Counted from the stretch's first letter, positions 8,456 through 21,000 are shown. The stretch is DNA of 64,000 nucleotides from Candidatus Kapaibacterium sp. (GCA_963664875.1 OY761611.1:1824001-1888000); one strand, 5' to 3'. Program-made: numbers and translations. The notes: a model not told the origin generated them from the sequence alone.

Positions 8456-10927
8456 ATGCCAAAACTCCGTCTTAATCTATTTAGCAAAGTATTCGGCTTT
8501 GCAGCCCTATTAGAGCTAATTATGGTCGTTATTGTACTTTTTTCAGTTTTTGCTTTCAATACACAAAAAGAACGAGACGATTTCCGGGAAATACAATCTC
8601 TGATGTTAGAAGCTAATCACCAGAGAAGCGACTTTTCAAAATACAGAGACTCCGCTTCAGTTTCAAAATTCAATCAAAAAATTGCTTCGATCGACAGCAT
8701 TTTGTTAGATTATAGAGACGACAATACTATATCTTCATTTCTACTGAAAAAGAAAGATTATAAAAAAATCTTTGAAAATTATGAAAATGAGATGGCAAAA
8801 CGCGGACTCGACGAGGAATCCGGAATAGAAGGAGCGTTTAGAAAATCGGTACATGAGCTGGAATCCAAAATAAAAGAACTCGATTCAAAAGACATGATGA
8901 TTGCCATGCTTCAAGCTCGAAGAAGTGAGAAAGATTACCTTATGCGTAAAGACGACAAATACGTAAAAAAAGTAAATATGGCTATCAGCTCTGTAATCAA
9001 ATTAGCAGAATCTAAATCAATAACACCATCAGACTTTGCTTCAATCAAATTGCTTGCCGACAATTACCTTTCAACATTTTCTTCCACGGTAGAAGTATTT
9101 AAAAAGTTAGACGAACTCGAAACTGCAATAATCGAAGACGAAGCAGAAATCTTAGCAATAGTTAAAGACATTTGCCTTCAAAAAACTATAAAAGCAGAGC
9201 AAATGAAAAATATACAGTACATTGCCGCAGGTCTTTCTATTCTTCTTGGTCTCATACTATCTTATATTATTGCTAAAGGAATCACAAAACCGGTAAACAA
9301 TTTGCAACAATTAGCAAAACAAATAGAAGCAGGTGACTTTTCAATTCCTGAAAAGATAACGGCAAGTGACGAAATCGGCGAACTCTATAATTCATTTACG
9401 GATATGACTTCCGTTCTCTCAGGATTGATCACAGAAGTAAACCATCTGACTCACTCTGCAGCGGAAGGTAAGTTAAGCATCAGAGGCAATTCTTCTAAAT
9501 ACAATGGAGGCTTCAAAGAAATTATTGAAGGCTTGAATCTGACTATGGATAACCTCCTAATACCTACAAATATCACTGCTGAATACATAGACAGAATATC
9601 AAAAGGCGATGTGCCGCCCAAAATCGAAAAAGAATTCATGGGCGATTTCCGTGAATTGAAAAACAACATGAACACTTGCATTGATGCAATAAATATGCTT
9701 ATCAAAGATACAGATATGCTGGCAGGTGCTGCACAGACCGGTAATCTTAGCACACGTGCAGATGCTTCATTACACAAAGGCGACTTCAAAAAAATTGTTC
9801 AGGGGGTAAATCTTGCTCTTGATTCAATAGTAGATCCAATAAGCGAAGCCGGCGAAATTTTGAAAGATTTATCCAATGGCGATTTGACTGTGCAGATGAC
9901 CGGCAACTACCAGGGAAGAATGGATTTGCTAAAACGAGACATAAACAGCTTAGCCAGTACATTCCGTGCATTGATTAAACAGGTATCAACTTCTGTATCT
10001 ACAGCTGTGGCTGGTTCCCACCAAATTAGAATGTCCACCGACGAATTCCTTGTGGCTTCTAAAGAAACAGAACAACAAACAGAATTAGTCGCTAATTCTA
10101 TTGACGAAATGAGCAGAACGCTACAAGAAAATGCACAAAGCACTCATCAGGCAACTGTAATGGCTGAAACAAATCGGGAAATCGCAACTGCAGGATTCGA
10201 AATAGTTGGCAAAACTGTAAACAAAATGAGAGATATAGCCGGTTTGGTGAGAAACTCTGCTGAGGAAATCGAAAAACTTGGAGATTCTTCCAAAAAAATT
10301 GGAGAAATAATTTCAGTAATCGATGAAATCGCTGACCAGACCAATCTTCTTGCTCTAAATGCTGCCATCGAAGCTGCCAGAGCAGGCGAACAAGGCAGAG
10401 GTTTTGCAGTGGTAGCTGACGAAGTAAGAAAGCTTGCCGAAAGGACTACCGACGCTACTAAAAGTATCACTAATATGATACAGGGAATACAACAGGAAAC
10501 ACAAAAAGCTGTAAACGAAATGGTACGTGGTACTTCTGAAGTTACAATTGGTATCGAGCTTGCAGATCAGGCAGGTGATTCGCTGAATAAAGTAGTCAGC
10601 AGCTCTGAAGAAGTACTCGATATGATTAACCAAATTTCTGCTTCAAATGCTGAGCTTTCTGCGACAGGTGATGAAATTGCAAAACATGTGGTCTCCATTT
10701 CCAAAATGACTAAAGACTCTGTCAATAGTCTTCAGGAAATTGCTGACTCTGCTAATAATCTTGACAAGCTAAATAGCAAAACAAGTAAGTTTATGACTAA
10801 TTTCAAAATATCCAAGCATAATGGACTAAATATGCAAAATCAGGATTTATTCGACGATGAAGATGATTATTATTCAGAGCAGCACGAAATGATAGCTCTA
10901 AGCGACGGTAACTCTTATGAAATGTGA
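8456..10927 (+). CDS. Methyl-accepting chemotaxis protein with periplasmic sensor and poly-HAMP
   Basis: Two TM segments, repeated HAMP units, [40 protein letters not shown]; ATG 8456 preferred over TTG 8390. Confidence 0.95.
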   Translation: MPKLRLNLFSKVFGFAALLELIMVVIVLFSVFAFNTQKERDDFREIQSLMLEANHQRSDFSKYRDSASVSKFNQKIASIDSILLDYRDDNTISSFLLKKKDYKKIFENYENEMAKRGLDEESGIEGAFRKSVHELESKIKELDSKDMMIAMLQARRSEKDYLMRKDDKYVKKVNMAISSVIKLAESKSITPSDFASIKLLADNYLSTFSSTVEVFKKLDELETAIIEDEAEILAIVKDICLQKTIKAEQMKNIQYIAAGLSILLGLILSYIIAKGITKPVNNLQQLAKQIEAGDFSIPEKITASDEIGELYNSFTDMTSVLSGLITEVNHLTHSAAEGKLSIRGNSSKYNGGFKEIIEGLNLTMDNLLIPTNITAEYIDRISKGDVPPKIEKEFMGDFRELKNNMNTCIDAINMLIKDTDMLAGAAQTGNLSTRADASLHKGDFKKIVQGVNLALDSIVDPISEAGEILKDLSNGDLTVQMTGNYQGRMDLLKRDINSLASTFRALIKQVSTSVSTAVAGSHQIRMSTDEFLVASKETEQQTELVANSIDEMSRTLQENAQSTHQATVMAETNREIATAGFEIVGKTVNKMRDIAGLVRNSAEEIEKLGDSSKKIGEIISVIDEIADQTNLLALNAAIEAARAGEQGRGFAVVADEVRKLAERTTDATKSITNMIQGIQQETQKAVNEMVRGTSEVTIGIELADQAGDSLNKVVSSSEEVLDMINQISASNAELSATGDEIAKHVVSISKMTKDSVNSLQEIADSANNLDKLNSKTSKFMTNFKISKHNGLNMQNQDLFDDEDDYYSEQHEMIALSDGNSYEM

Positions 10928-11158
10928 TAGCTGATAGCTTTTCTTTCAAAATATCATTACATATATTAATGTATAGGCAAGGTGTGCGAGGCATATACTT
11001 GCCTTTTTTTTCTATGATAATCCGTAATGTCCTTACTGATTGAAAATCGCACTTCACAATAAGCTATATCGATATACGCCTAAATTGAAATCAAAACATA
11101 TTTGTTTATAATCAAATATGACAGATAATACTTTAATAATAATTTTGGATTTATAGAG

Positions 11159-11578
11159 ATGAAAGCTAATCTTAAATTAGACAGAAATATGCGGATTATC
11201 GGAACAAACGAAAAAGGGTTGGAAACTATTTTTGATACTTCTCCCAAGGTAGGAGGAGAAGATACGGCTCCGACACCAATGGAAATTATGCTACAATCTG
11301 TTGCTGCCTGCTCATTTATGGATACTATCAGCATTCTTCGTAAAAAAAGAAAAACTATAATAGATTTACAGATAGATATCGAAGGCGAAAGAACAGAAGA
11401 GCATCCAAAAATTTTTAAAACGATAGTTCTAAAATACACTCTTACAAGCCCCGATGCTGAATTGAATGATTTAGAACGAGCAGTCGAACTCTCACAGGAT
11501 AAATACTGCGGTGCTTCTGCGATGATGAAGTTAGCAGGAGCAGATGTCAGCTATCAGGTTGATTTGAAAAGACCTTAA
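11159..11578 (+). CDS. OsmC/YhfA family protein
   Basis: PTPME...AACS...D, R.EEHPKIF, LSQDKYC motifs. Confidence 0.9.
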   Translation: MKANLKLDRNMRIIGTNEKGLETIFDTSPKVGGEDTAPTPMEIMLQSVAACSFMDTISILRKKRKTIIDLQIDIEGERTEEHPKIFKTIVLKYTLTSPDAELNDLERAVELSQDKYCGASAMMKLAGADVSYQVDLKRP

Positions 11579-11590
11579 AATAAATATGCA

Positions 11591-11639
11591 AGCACTCTCA
11601 AAATAGTTTCATTTTTTACTAAAATGATTTTGAGAGTGC
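11591..11639 (+). terminator. Stem-loop after OsmC gene
   Basis: GCACTCTCAAAAT...ATTTTGAGAGTGC inverted repeat; long loop and weak U tract. Confidence 0.5.
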
Positions 11640-11689
11640 CTTATATATCTTTATCTTTGTTGTTTTTTACCCGAACCGAGAACAGCACC

Positions 11690-12979
11690 ATGAAACCACC
11701 ATTTTCTGATAAAGAAATTGTATTTGAATTGCCTCCTTTTGAATCTGGTATTCTGAAAAACGGCACTGAATACTATCTAATAAATGATTCTAACCAGACT
11801 ATTACTACTATAAATATAATTGCCCCTGCAGGTGCTTATTTTGACAAAAAAAACGGAACAGCAGCATTTGCTGCAAAGCTAATGCAACGAGGCACTATCA
11901 AACACAACGCCACTGAATTGAGTAGATTAATCGAAAATATGGGGCTCAACCTTTCGGGGTCAGCTCTTTGGGACGAAGTTTCATTCAATCTGACAGGGAT
12001 GCCTCAGTTCATAGAAGATGGTCTGGATTTACTTGGCGATATATTATTTCATCCTACATTCGAGGAAAAAGAACTTGAGTTTCTGAAATCCAAAACTATT
12101 TCTTCGATTGAACAAGACTTGGTAAACCCTGCTTACTTGGCTCAAGTTGCTTTCAATACTAACCTTTATAAAAATCACCCTTATGGCAGATCACGTGTCG
12201 GCACAATAGAAGAAGTTACTCTTATTGATAGGAATGATTGCATTGAGTGGCATAATAGTTTGCTAAAATCTAAGATGTCAATTTTTGTAGCCGGCAATTT
12301 TGCCAAAGATAGAATCCTTTCAAAATTAGAAACCATATTTTCATCCGCTAATTTAACGGATAATCAACCGGTTTATTCTCAAGTAGCATACTCTCTATCA
12401 GCAACTCCAATACTTGCCGAAAAAAAAGAAGCTCCACAAGTTACTGTCAGATATGGTTTCCCGACGATAAACAGAAATGATGCCGATTACCCATATCTGC
12501 AGTTAATCAATACAATCCTTGGAGGATACTTCCTCTCTCGATTGAATAAAATTATTCGTGAAGAAAAAGGTTATACTTATGGGCTACATTCGACTATAGA
12601 AAATAGAAAAGCTTCGTCGGCTTTTTATATTTCGACGGATATAAATGCAGATAAAGTAAAAGAAACATTAGCAGAAATTGATAAGCAAATTGATATAATT
12701 GCCTCAAACAAAATACCTCACGAAGAACTCTTGCAGGCACAAAGATACATTCTCGGCATTTTTCTCAGATCTACTGAAACTCCTCAGCAAGCTGCCTCAC
12801 TTATTAGAACTACAAAAATCTATGGGCTGCCGATAGACTACCACAAGCAGTTAGTTTCTAAAATCAGTAAAGCAACGCCTGAAATGCTCATGCCGTATCA
12901 AGCTAAATTTTTTGGTAAGGTTCCAAAAACTATAGTACTTTGTGGTGACATAGATAGAATAAAAGCACAATTAGGCTAA
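11690..12979 (+). CDS. M16 family peptidase, non-catalytic (clamp-type) subunit
   Basis: LKNG start, RGT motif without HxxEH, HPYG, ILGG...SRL...IREEKGYTYG. Confidence 0.85.
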   Translation: MKPPFSDKEIVFELPPFESGILKNGTEYYLINDSNQTITTINIIAPAGAYFDKKNGTAAFAAKLMQRGTIKHNATELSRLIENMGLNLSGSALWDEVSFNLTGMPQFIEDGLDLLGDILFHPTFEEKELEFLKSKTISSIEQDLVNPAYLAQVAFNTNLYKNHPYGRSRVGTIEEVTLIDRNDCIEWHNSLLKSKMSIFVAGNFAKDRILSKLETIFSSANLTDNQPVYSQVAYSLSATPILAEKKEAPQVTVRYGFPTINRNDADYPYLQLINTILGGYFLSRLNKIIREEKGYTYGLHSTIENRKASSAFYISTDINADKVKETLAEIDKQIDIIASNKIPHEELLQAQRYILGIFLRSTETPQQAASLIRTTKIYGLPIDYHKQLVSKISKATPEMLMPYQAKFFGKVPKTIVLCGDIDRIKAQLG

Positions 12980-13100
12980 ATGCAACATTTCGGCATAAAG
13001 ATTGAACTAAATCATATAATTAATTATATTTTCCATTATACTAATTATCCGATAAGTTTGTCTTTATATTAGGTTCTGCAACTCATAAGGAAATATTGAA

Positions 13101-14957
13101 TTGGCAGTCAACAATCAAATACTTGCATTTATGCCTGATAAATATAAAAATGAAGTCTCGTCCGCTTTAGCTGGCTTTTCAGTTGTTTTTTTTGACAAGA
13201 TGTTGGATTTCATTGAAGGACTTTCTGAGTCAGACGCCTCGGCTGCTCTAATTATGTCTGATGAAATCAGTTCACTAAGCAGTGCAATCTCGCATAGTGC
13301 TAATTCTGATATTCCTATCATCCGGATTATAGCAAATTACACGGAAGAGCATATTGTAAATTCTATAAAACTTGGATTTGACGAATGTGTAAGCTTATCA
13401 AATATTATACGACTCCCCAGAGCCATCAGAGCGTTTGAAAACTCATACAGCAATAAGAGGAAAAGCTCAAAAATAAAAATAGCCGGAATTAAAAAAGAGC
13501 TTCTTGAGATTTTTGATTTGATGCCAAATATGGTTCTTCTAAAAGATGCAGATACATTTAACTATGTATATATTAATAGGAAAGGCGAAGAGCTCCTCGG
13601 TGTTAGTCTGCCAAATATTATAGGAAAAAATGTATTCGACCTCGTCCCCGAAAAGTATGCGGAAATATTCCATCAAAAAGATTTGCTAACACTCAAATCC
13701 ACATCCCCTGTTTTAGTTGAAGATACTTTGCTTCCAACTAAAAGGGGTGAGATAAAGTGCTTTGAAAGCGTAAAAATTCTTATACAAAACGGTGACAAGA
13801 ACAAAAAATATATTTTGGAATTTTCGCTTGATAATACACTAAGACGAAGCATCAAAGAAGAACTTGAAACCACGCAATCAAGATTCGACAAAATATTTGT
13901 AACAAGTCCAAATATTCTAATCATTGAATCTTTGCAAACAAGGACATTAATGAATGCCAACCCCGCTTTTGAAAAACTAACCGGCAGGTCAAAATCTGAA
14001 CTTATTGGTAAATCTTTCAAAGACTTAGGAGTTTGGATTGATGATTATAAAATAGAAGAAATGCTCTCTGCTGCTATCGATACAGGCAAGGCTCACAATC
14101 ATTCCGTTCGCCTTATGGATGCAAACGGCGAATTGAAATATTACCTTATCTCCATTGATTATCTATCTATCGAAAACAAAGAATGTATGCTTTACACTGG
14201 TCAGGACATCACTGACAAAAGCGAAGGTGAAATTGAGCTCAAAAGACTTCTACAGAAACAAAGAAATCTTGCTCAGCTCAAAAACAGATTCATTTCTCTT
14301 ATCTCTCATGAGTTTCGAACTCCACTAACTACTATCATGCTGTCTGCTGATTTGCTCAAAAGATACTCACAGGCTTGGGACGATAATGAAAAAACGAAAC
14401 ACTACGACCGTATAAAACAAACAATCCTGAGTATGACAAAAATGCTCGAGAACGTTACTATACTTAGCAAAATAGAAAGTAAAGAAATCGATATCTTCCC
14501 TGAAAGAATCAATCTAACACAATTTGCTCAGGCGATGGCTGAAACCGCAGCTCTGAATATGCCGTCAGCTAATGTGATTCAAGTGACTAACCTCAATCAA
14601 AATATTGAGGAAATAGTATCAGACGAAAACCTGCTTGGGCTTTCGTTGATAAATGTCATATACAATGCTATAAAATTTTCAGATAGCGACAAAGGAATAG
14701 AAATCGAAACTGAAGTAAAAGAAAAAATAGCCAATATTAAAATTAAGGATTCCGGCAAAGGAATCAAAGAGCAAGACTTACCTTATGTTACTCAAGCTTT
14801 TTACCGCGGCGATAATACAGTCAACGTTCCAGGCTACGGGCTTGGTCTCGCAATTACTAAAAAATCAATAGAAATGCTCGGAGGCACTTTGTATATTAAT
14901 AGTACTCAAAATCTTGGGACTGTTGTTTCGATTAGCATCCCGAGATATTTTTTATAA
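13101..14957 (+). CDS. Cytoplasmic PAS-PAS sensor histidine kinase
   Basis: Two PAS domains; ISHEFRTPLTTI H-box; NAIKFS, DSGKGI, FYRG, GYGLGL boxes; TTG start with AAGGA. Confidence 0.9.
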   Translation: MAVNNQILAFMPDKYKNEVSSALAGFSVVFFDKMLDFIEGLSESDASAALIMSDEISSLSSAISHSANSDIPIIRIIANYTEEHIVNSIKLGFDECVSLSNIIRLPRAIRAFENSYSNKRKSSKIKIAGIKKELLEIFDLMPNMVLLKDADTFNYVYINRKGEELLGVSLPNIIGKNVFDLVPEKYAEIFHQKDLLTLKSTSPVLVEDTLLPTKRGEIKCFESVKILIQNGDKNKKYILEFSLDNTLRRSIKEELETTQSRFDKIFVTSPNILIIESLQTRTLMNANPAFEKLTGRSKSELIGKSFKDLGVWIDDYKIEEMLSAAIDTGKAHNHSVRLMDANGELKYYLISIDYLSIENKECMLYTGQDITDKSEGEIELKRLLQKQRNLAQLKNRFISLISHEFRTPLTTIMLSADLLKRYSQAWDDNEKTKHYDRIKQTILSMTKMLENVTILSKIESKEIDIFPERINLTQFAQAMAETAALNMPSANVIQVTNLNQNIEEIVSDENLLGLSLINVIYNAIKFSDSDKGIEIETEVKEKIANIKIKDSGKGIKEQDLPYVTQAFYRGDNTVNVPGYGLGLAITKKSIEMLGGTLYINSTQNLGTVVSISIPRYFL

Positions 14958-15030
14958 ACTCCTGTATAATATCTTTTTCTTATCTTTATATTTTAAGATT
15001 AAGATATTTATAAATATATAGGAGTTATAA

Positions 15031-16446
15031 ATGGCAGCAAATACTGCAAAAAGAACACCTTTCCCGTTTAATTACTGGGTTGCCATCATTTTCGAGTTTT
15101 TCGAACGTGGCTCATACTATGGTGTAATGAGTATTCTTTCAGTTTATATGACTGACCAGCTTGGCTTTAGTAAAGAAGGCGTAGGTGCTCTTAAATCAAC
15201 CATTCAACCTATACTTTACTTCCTTCCTATTCTTACCGGAGCAATTGCCGACAGAATGGGTTACAGAAAAACACTACTCGCTGCGTTTTCACTTTTAGGT
15301 TTGGGATATTTCCTAGCTGCAGGGACTACTGAGTATGTTCCCATCTTTTTGTTCCTTGTAGTGATGGCAGTTGGTGCGGGTACATTCAAGCCAATTATCT
15401 CCGGCACAATAGCTCGGGCGACAGATGAAACTAACTCAACTATTGGATTTGGCATTTTTTATTGGTCTATCAATCTTGGAGCGTTTTTGTTCCCATTGAT
15501 AGTAGTACCATTCTTAAAATCCATCGACCAGGCTTATGTCCTTTATGCAGCTGCAATAGGAACAGGAGCAATGATTATTCCTACCATCTTCGTTTTTAAA
15601 GAACCTGAAAGAGGCGAAGGTGAAAATACAGCTCGCGAGCCGCTTGGCAAAATGATAAAAGATGTTTTCGAAAAAGTTTATATCGTTTTCCTCGATTTCA
15701 AATTTATTCTGTTTATTGCACTTTATTCAATGTTTTGGATTTTATATTTCCAAATGTTTGACACAGTGCTTTGGTATGTCAGAGACTTCGTTGACGCCAC
15801 ACCATTAAATAATTTTGTCTCAGGCGTGTTAGGTTTTGACTGGAAATTTGACGTAGAACACGTTACTGTTATCAATGCTTTCACAATAATTGTTTTGCAG
15901 CTGTTTATATCCTCGATAGTAAAAAACACAAAAGCCCTGCCTACCATCATTACGGGAATCTCTATCGGCACAATAGGTATGGCTATTCTTGCTTTAAGCT
16001 CCAATATTTGGGTTTTTATGGCTGGTATCACTATTTTTTCTATTGGCGAAATGACAGCTCATCCAAAATATATCTCTTACCTCGGTCTAATTGCTCCGGC
16101 TGACAAAAAAGCAACATATATGGGATTTGGATTTCTATACGGATTCTTTGGTTCGCTAATTGGTGGCATTTTGGGTGCAAAACTCTATGTATGGTTTATA
16201 GATAATCCTATGATAGGATTTGTAAAAGCAAAAATGGCAGAGCTTCAGGCAGGTTCGCCTTCAGCTACGATGACAGTCGAACAGGCATTATCTAAAGCAA
16301 ACGAGCTCGGAATTGCAAAAGAGCAGGTCGCCTCTGCTGCTTACACATCTGAGCTTTGGCTTCTGTTTTCGGGTATAGGAGTGCTTTGCATAATTTCCTT
16401 ATTACTTTACGACAAATTTATCGGCACCAGAGAAAAAGCTCAATAA
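15031..16446 (+). CDS. MFS transporter (POT/peptide transporter-like)
   Basis: EFFERGSYYG (ExxERxxYYG), GAIADRMG, FKP, FYWSINLG motifs; many TM helices. Confidence 0.85.
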   Translation: MAANTAKRTPFPFNYWVAIIFEFFERGSYYGVMSILSVYMTDQLGFSKEGVGALKSTIQPILYFLPILTGAIADRMGYRKTLLAAFSLLGLGYFLAAGTTEYVPIFLFLVVMAVGAGTFKPIISGTIARATDETNSTIGFGIFYWSINLGAFLFPLIVVPFLKSIDQAYVLYAAAIGTGAMIIPTIFVFKEPERGEGENTAREPLGKMIKDVFEKVYIVFLDFKFILFIALYSMFWILYFQMFDTVLWYVRDFVDATPLNNFVSGVLGFDWKFDVEHVTVINAFTIIVLQLFISSIVKNTKALPTIITGISIGTIGMAILALSSNIWVFMAGITIFSIGEMTAHPKYISYLGLIAPADKKATYMGFGFLYGFFGSLIGGILGAKLYVWFIDNPMIGFVKAKMAELQAGSPSATMTVEQALSKANELGIAKEQVASAAYTSELWLLFSGIGVLCIISLLLYDKFIGTREKAQ

Positions 16447-16454
16447 CAATTCGC

Positions 16455-16498
16455 AATCCCCTTCTTATAAAAACAAAAATCAGAAGGGGATTTTGTTT
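16455..16498 (+). terminator. Intrinsic terminator
   Basis: AATCCCCTTCT...AGAAGGGGATT then T-rich. Confidence 0.7.
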
Positions 16499-16684
16499 CT
16501 CTGTTATTTGTCATTAAAACTGTAAACAAGCTTTGTATAATGCATTAGGACAAGGGAGTATGCTCCATTGTTCCGGTAGCTAAGATTACTTTATTACTAA
16601 TGGACTAGGGGTTTTAACCCCTCCTCATCATAGCATTTAACTACAATGCTATATTTTCTAATGCTATTTTTAGGTTTATATGAT

Positions 16685-16725
16685 AAAAAAAAGGATAAAC
16701 CTTACTTATCATAAGATTTACCCTT
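16685..16725 (-). terminator. Intrinsic terminator of dapA
   Basis: Minus strand AAGGGTAAATCTTA...TAAGGTTTATCCTT followed by a T run. Confidence 0.65.
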
Positions 16726-16762
16726 AATATTAAAATTTATTTGTGCAGAAATCTGATTAAAA

Positions 16763-17656
16763 TTAGCCTACCATGCCTGCATCTTTTAGTGCTTTAGCAA
16801 TTAGTTCTTTATTATGAGGCAAAATCGGAACAAGCGGCAATCTGAAATTTTCTTCGCAGTATCCGAGCATTGCCATAATAGTTTTAACAGGAACAGGATT
16901 AGTCTCTACAAAGTTATAAGCCATCAAATCCAACAGCTCATACTGAGTTTTAACTGCTTTTTTGAAGTTCCCGTTCAAGGCAGCTCTTATAGCATCGCCA
17001 AACTTTTTAGGTGCGTAGTTTGCAATTACAGACATAATACCTGCAGCACCTAACATAATAGCAGGTAAAGCAAGCGAATCATCACCACAGTATAGCAAAA
17101 AATCTTTAGGTGCATATTTCATAATCTGCATCATTTGCTCCAAATCGCCGGAAGCTTCTTTGGTAGCATATACATTTGGAATTTCTTCTGCAATTTTTAA
17201 TTGAGTATCAACTTCAATATTTACTCCGCTGCGTGATGGCACGTTATAAATTATTAGAGGTAAATCCACAGATTCGGAAACAGCAAGAAAATGCTGAAAA
17301 AGACCTTCCTGCGATGGTTTATTATAGTATGGAGTAACAAGAAGAGCAGCAGCGGCTCCATGCTCTTTTGCTATGAGAGTCATATCTATCGTTTGCTGAG
17401 TATTATTAGAACCCGTGCCGGCAATGATCGGTACTCTGCCTGCAGAATATTCAACAGCTTGGATAATAAGAGACATTTTCTCTTTTGCGTTCAAAGTAGC
17501 ACTTTCGCCTGTAGATCCGCCCACTAAAATAGCTTCAACTCCACTGTCGATTTGGAAATCAATTATTTTTTTCAGTGCATCAAAATCAATTGATAAGTCT
17601 TTTTTGAAAGGTGTAATTAAAGCAGGTATAGTCCCTTTCACTTGCTTAATATCCAT
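16763..17656 (-). CDS. dapA: 4-hydroxy-tetrahydrodipicolinate synthase
   Basis: GSTGES, PYYNKP, YNVPSR, KEASG, ETNPVPVK motifs. Confidence 0.95.
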   Translation of the reverse strand: MDIKQVKGTIPALITPFKKDLSIDFDALKKIIDFQIDSGVEAILVGGSTGESATLNAKEKMSLIIQAVEYSAGRVPIIAGTGSNNTQQTIDMTLIAKEHGAAAALLVTPYYNKPSQEGLFQHFLAVSESVDLPLIIYNVPSRSGVNIEVDTQLKIAEEIPNVYATKEASGDLEQMMQIMKYAPKDFLLYCGDDSLALPAIMLGAAGIMSVIANYAPKKFGDAIRAALNGNFKKAVKTQYELLDLMAYNFVETNPVPVKTIMAMLGYCEENFRLPLVPILPHNKELIAKALKDAGMVG

Positions 17657-18068
17657 GCTTTTCCCCTGTAAAAAATTTATTTTGTTTCAAATTATGTCTA
17701 AAATAATATCAGCAAAAGTTGCTTTCGGTATATATAAGTCCTTAAAGTACAATTTAATCAATCATTGGGTAAATAAAAACACATTTTTAAAATATATTAA
17801 CGTATAATTTGAAATATTGACTAAAATTAGACAAGCCTCGTCTCAAATATATATAGACTTATGCACGCTATTTAAATTGTACTGTATTGATAAATAGAGA
17901 CTTACATAGCTTTTTGCCATGCCGTATTTTCTTTGTGGCATGATATTTGGACTTTGGCAAAAAAATCTATTTCAGAAAATTTTTTTTTGGTCGAGAAATA
18001 GATTAGCTAGCGCTATTTAAAACAATAGAAAATAAGTACTTAAAATAATAAATACCTCGGAGGTATCG

Positions 18069-21000
18069 ATGAGTTATTCTTCTACCCGACAAGCAGGCAG
18101 AATTTTTCTTGCCTCTTTGTTCTTCTTACTCTTCGCCGGTTTAGAACTGAGCGCTCAGTATTACGAATTTTCCTTGCTCCAAAGGAGAAGATTTGACCAA
18201 ATTGATGTTGAAGTCTGGGCGAAAGCTCTTCAGCAGGGTGCTCCTGCTCTGGGTAATTCGTCTTTGGTTTTAGAGTATAACACTGCTTTTTTGTCTCCTG
18301 CAGCTACTCAAAACCTAAGTTCGACTGACAGTATCACTTTCAATGTGAACCAAAGCAATCCTATTGCGACGGTTAGCTCTTCTTTTAGTCAATCGGCTAA
18401 CGGATACAATCCGCTCAGCTCTCGCTCTTACGGTATGGGATATTATGCTCTGGAGCTTAACCTTGCAGCCCTCGGTCAAGGTGGTGTATCACCGTCTTCT
18501 TCAGGTAAAGGTAGCTTCCTTGGCAAACTTACTTTTGACATATCGGGTAGCCCTACCGAAAGCTCTTTGACTAACATTGCTTGGAGCAGCAACGTACTTC
18601 CGGGTGAAATTCAGGTATTTGATAAAGATTCTAATAGCATAAAAAGCAATATCACTTTTAGCAATCCGGGCGATTACAATGTACTCGGTGTAACTATCCT
18701 CTCCCCTAATAAATACGGTCAGGTAGTCGATAGAGATGCTGATTATGCAGCTCTTTCAGGAGAATACACAAGCGGTGGCTATCCAATCTATTTCGAAAGA
18801 AGTATCAATCCTTCTCAATATACTGCCCCTATAGATGAAGACTTGGCTTATATGTTCCAATATTCTCTCAATAATGGCAGCACTTGGACTGAGATTGGCA
18901 GAGTGGCTGAAACTGACCAGCCTTCTACAACAGTGGGTATAAATGCTTCTTATACGGCTGGCGAAATATTCAATCCTAACACCGGTACTTCATTTACAAT
19001 CACAACACAAAAAGGTGAAAAGATTGACAATTCGAACTACCGTCAACCACTTAGAGTTGTTTGGGCTAAAAATCCTTTCTTTGTTGAACGCTCAGAACAG
19101 GCAAGATTGAAAATAATAAAATTGTCAGGTGCAGTGAGCACGCCTCTGAGCAATCGCAATCAAGATGTATATAATGATGTAAATGACCAAAAATTTGTAC
19201 TTGGCAGACTTTTCTTCTTGCAGTTGGACGGTAACAGCCAGTACCTTGTTACTAATGATAATTTTAGTAACTCTACACAGCTAACAGTAGAGACTTGGAT
19301 AAATTTGAATGAATATCAAACAAGCGGTACCGAACCGGGTATAGTAGTTTCAAGCGGAGGTGCTAATGCTGCACCTATTCACGGTTCTAATGAAGGTGCA
19401 TGGATGCTTTACCTGAAAGATGGAAGGATTCCTGCCTTCCGTGCAAGAGAAATCGAAGGCAGAGGAGATAACGGCTACATAGGTACAGTACAAGCTTATT
19501 ATCTCGACTCACTGCTCGCTGCATCCGATGCTGAACCTCTTGATAACACCCATGCTAATAACTGGGTACATCTTGCAGCTACTGTAAATAATAACACGCT
19601 TAGATTATATGTGAACGGCGAGCTTGCCGATCAGGTAGTTAATAACAATGCTACTAATATCAGAATGCTGACTACCAACCACCCAGTTTGGATTGGTGTC
19701 AATCCTAATGGCGGAATCGAAGCAAACGACTATCTCCATGCAGGAATTAAAAGCGTTCGGGTTTGGAGAATAGCCCTAACTCAAGACGAAATAAGAGAAA
19801 GAGTTAGCGGCATATTAAACCCTGAAGATGTTAGCACTTACGGTGATGTAAGACGCGGTTTGCAGATGTATTTCACATTCGAGGGCGAACACGCAGATCA
19901 GGCAACAGAAACTACCTACCAAGGTGGCGCAGAAAGTCCTGACTTTTACACTCAGGGCACAGTTGACAATTTCGGAATGACTTACAGACCTGACCAGCCA
20001 CACATTACTCTTACCAGTCCTGTGGCAGGAGCAGGTGTCTCTAATAGAGCAGGTTCTACTTTTGGAATCCGTTGGGTTGCTTATGGTTTGGGCGATCTTA
20101 CAGCTACCGGTACAAACGATGTCGAAATTGAATACTCATTAGACGGCACTAACTGGTACTATGCAGAAGACGCAAGCGGAGCTCAAATCGGTGGAATTAA
20201 TGCTCCCGATGTAGAACCCGGCTCAGCGATATGGGAACCTTACGAAAATGAAAACAGTGCTGCTAATCTAAGAACTATTAATCCATATTCAAGATCGGTA
20301 TATCTCAGAGCTCGAGGCACTGCAGCGAACACTCAGGATAATTTGATGGATGTTGTAGGTCCTTTCACTGTTGCTCCTTATTTTGCAATCAAAAAAGAAG
20401 AAGGTGCGATACTACTTCTCGAAGATAATGCAGGTATGAATATTACAGGCGATAAAGTCTTCATGGAAGCATGGATCAGACCTTATAGATTCCCGACAGA
20501 GGCAGAAGAATTCTTCCCAATTATTACAAAAGCTGATAGCACTGCTGATATGTTGCACTATAGCTTCGATTTGAGATATGATGGACGACTTCAGCTCAAA
20601 CTTTCAACAGAAGACGGCAAGGTCAGAACAGCTATAAGTGACGCATCTTTTGCTCTCGAAAGACCTAATTCGGTATCTGCTGATTCCGTATGGTCTCATG
20701 TGGCAGTTTATGCTAATATCAATGGCGGAAGCGGTCAATCTGAAGTAATATTTTATGTTGATGGTATCGCCCAAAGAGCTGATTCCATTACTACTCAGCT
20801 TGGTACAGATTTGACGCTCAACAGCTTAAACTCCTACCCTACTTATATCGGATATTCTCCATATATGAATGTTACTAACGATGGGCAGAGCGTAATCAAT
20901 GCTAAGCAGACAGAAAACATTGTCCTCTCAGGCAACATCAATTCCGGTACTCCTGCTAATACAGAAAGGAACTTTACCGGCACAATTTACGACAAAGATT

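Noticed and set aside
11589-11640. CIRCE element (GCACTC...GAGTGC arms)
   Set aside because: The spacer is far longer than 9 bp and it is not upstream of a chaperone; better explained as a stem-loop.
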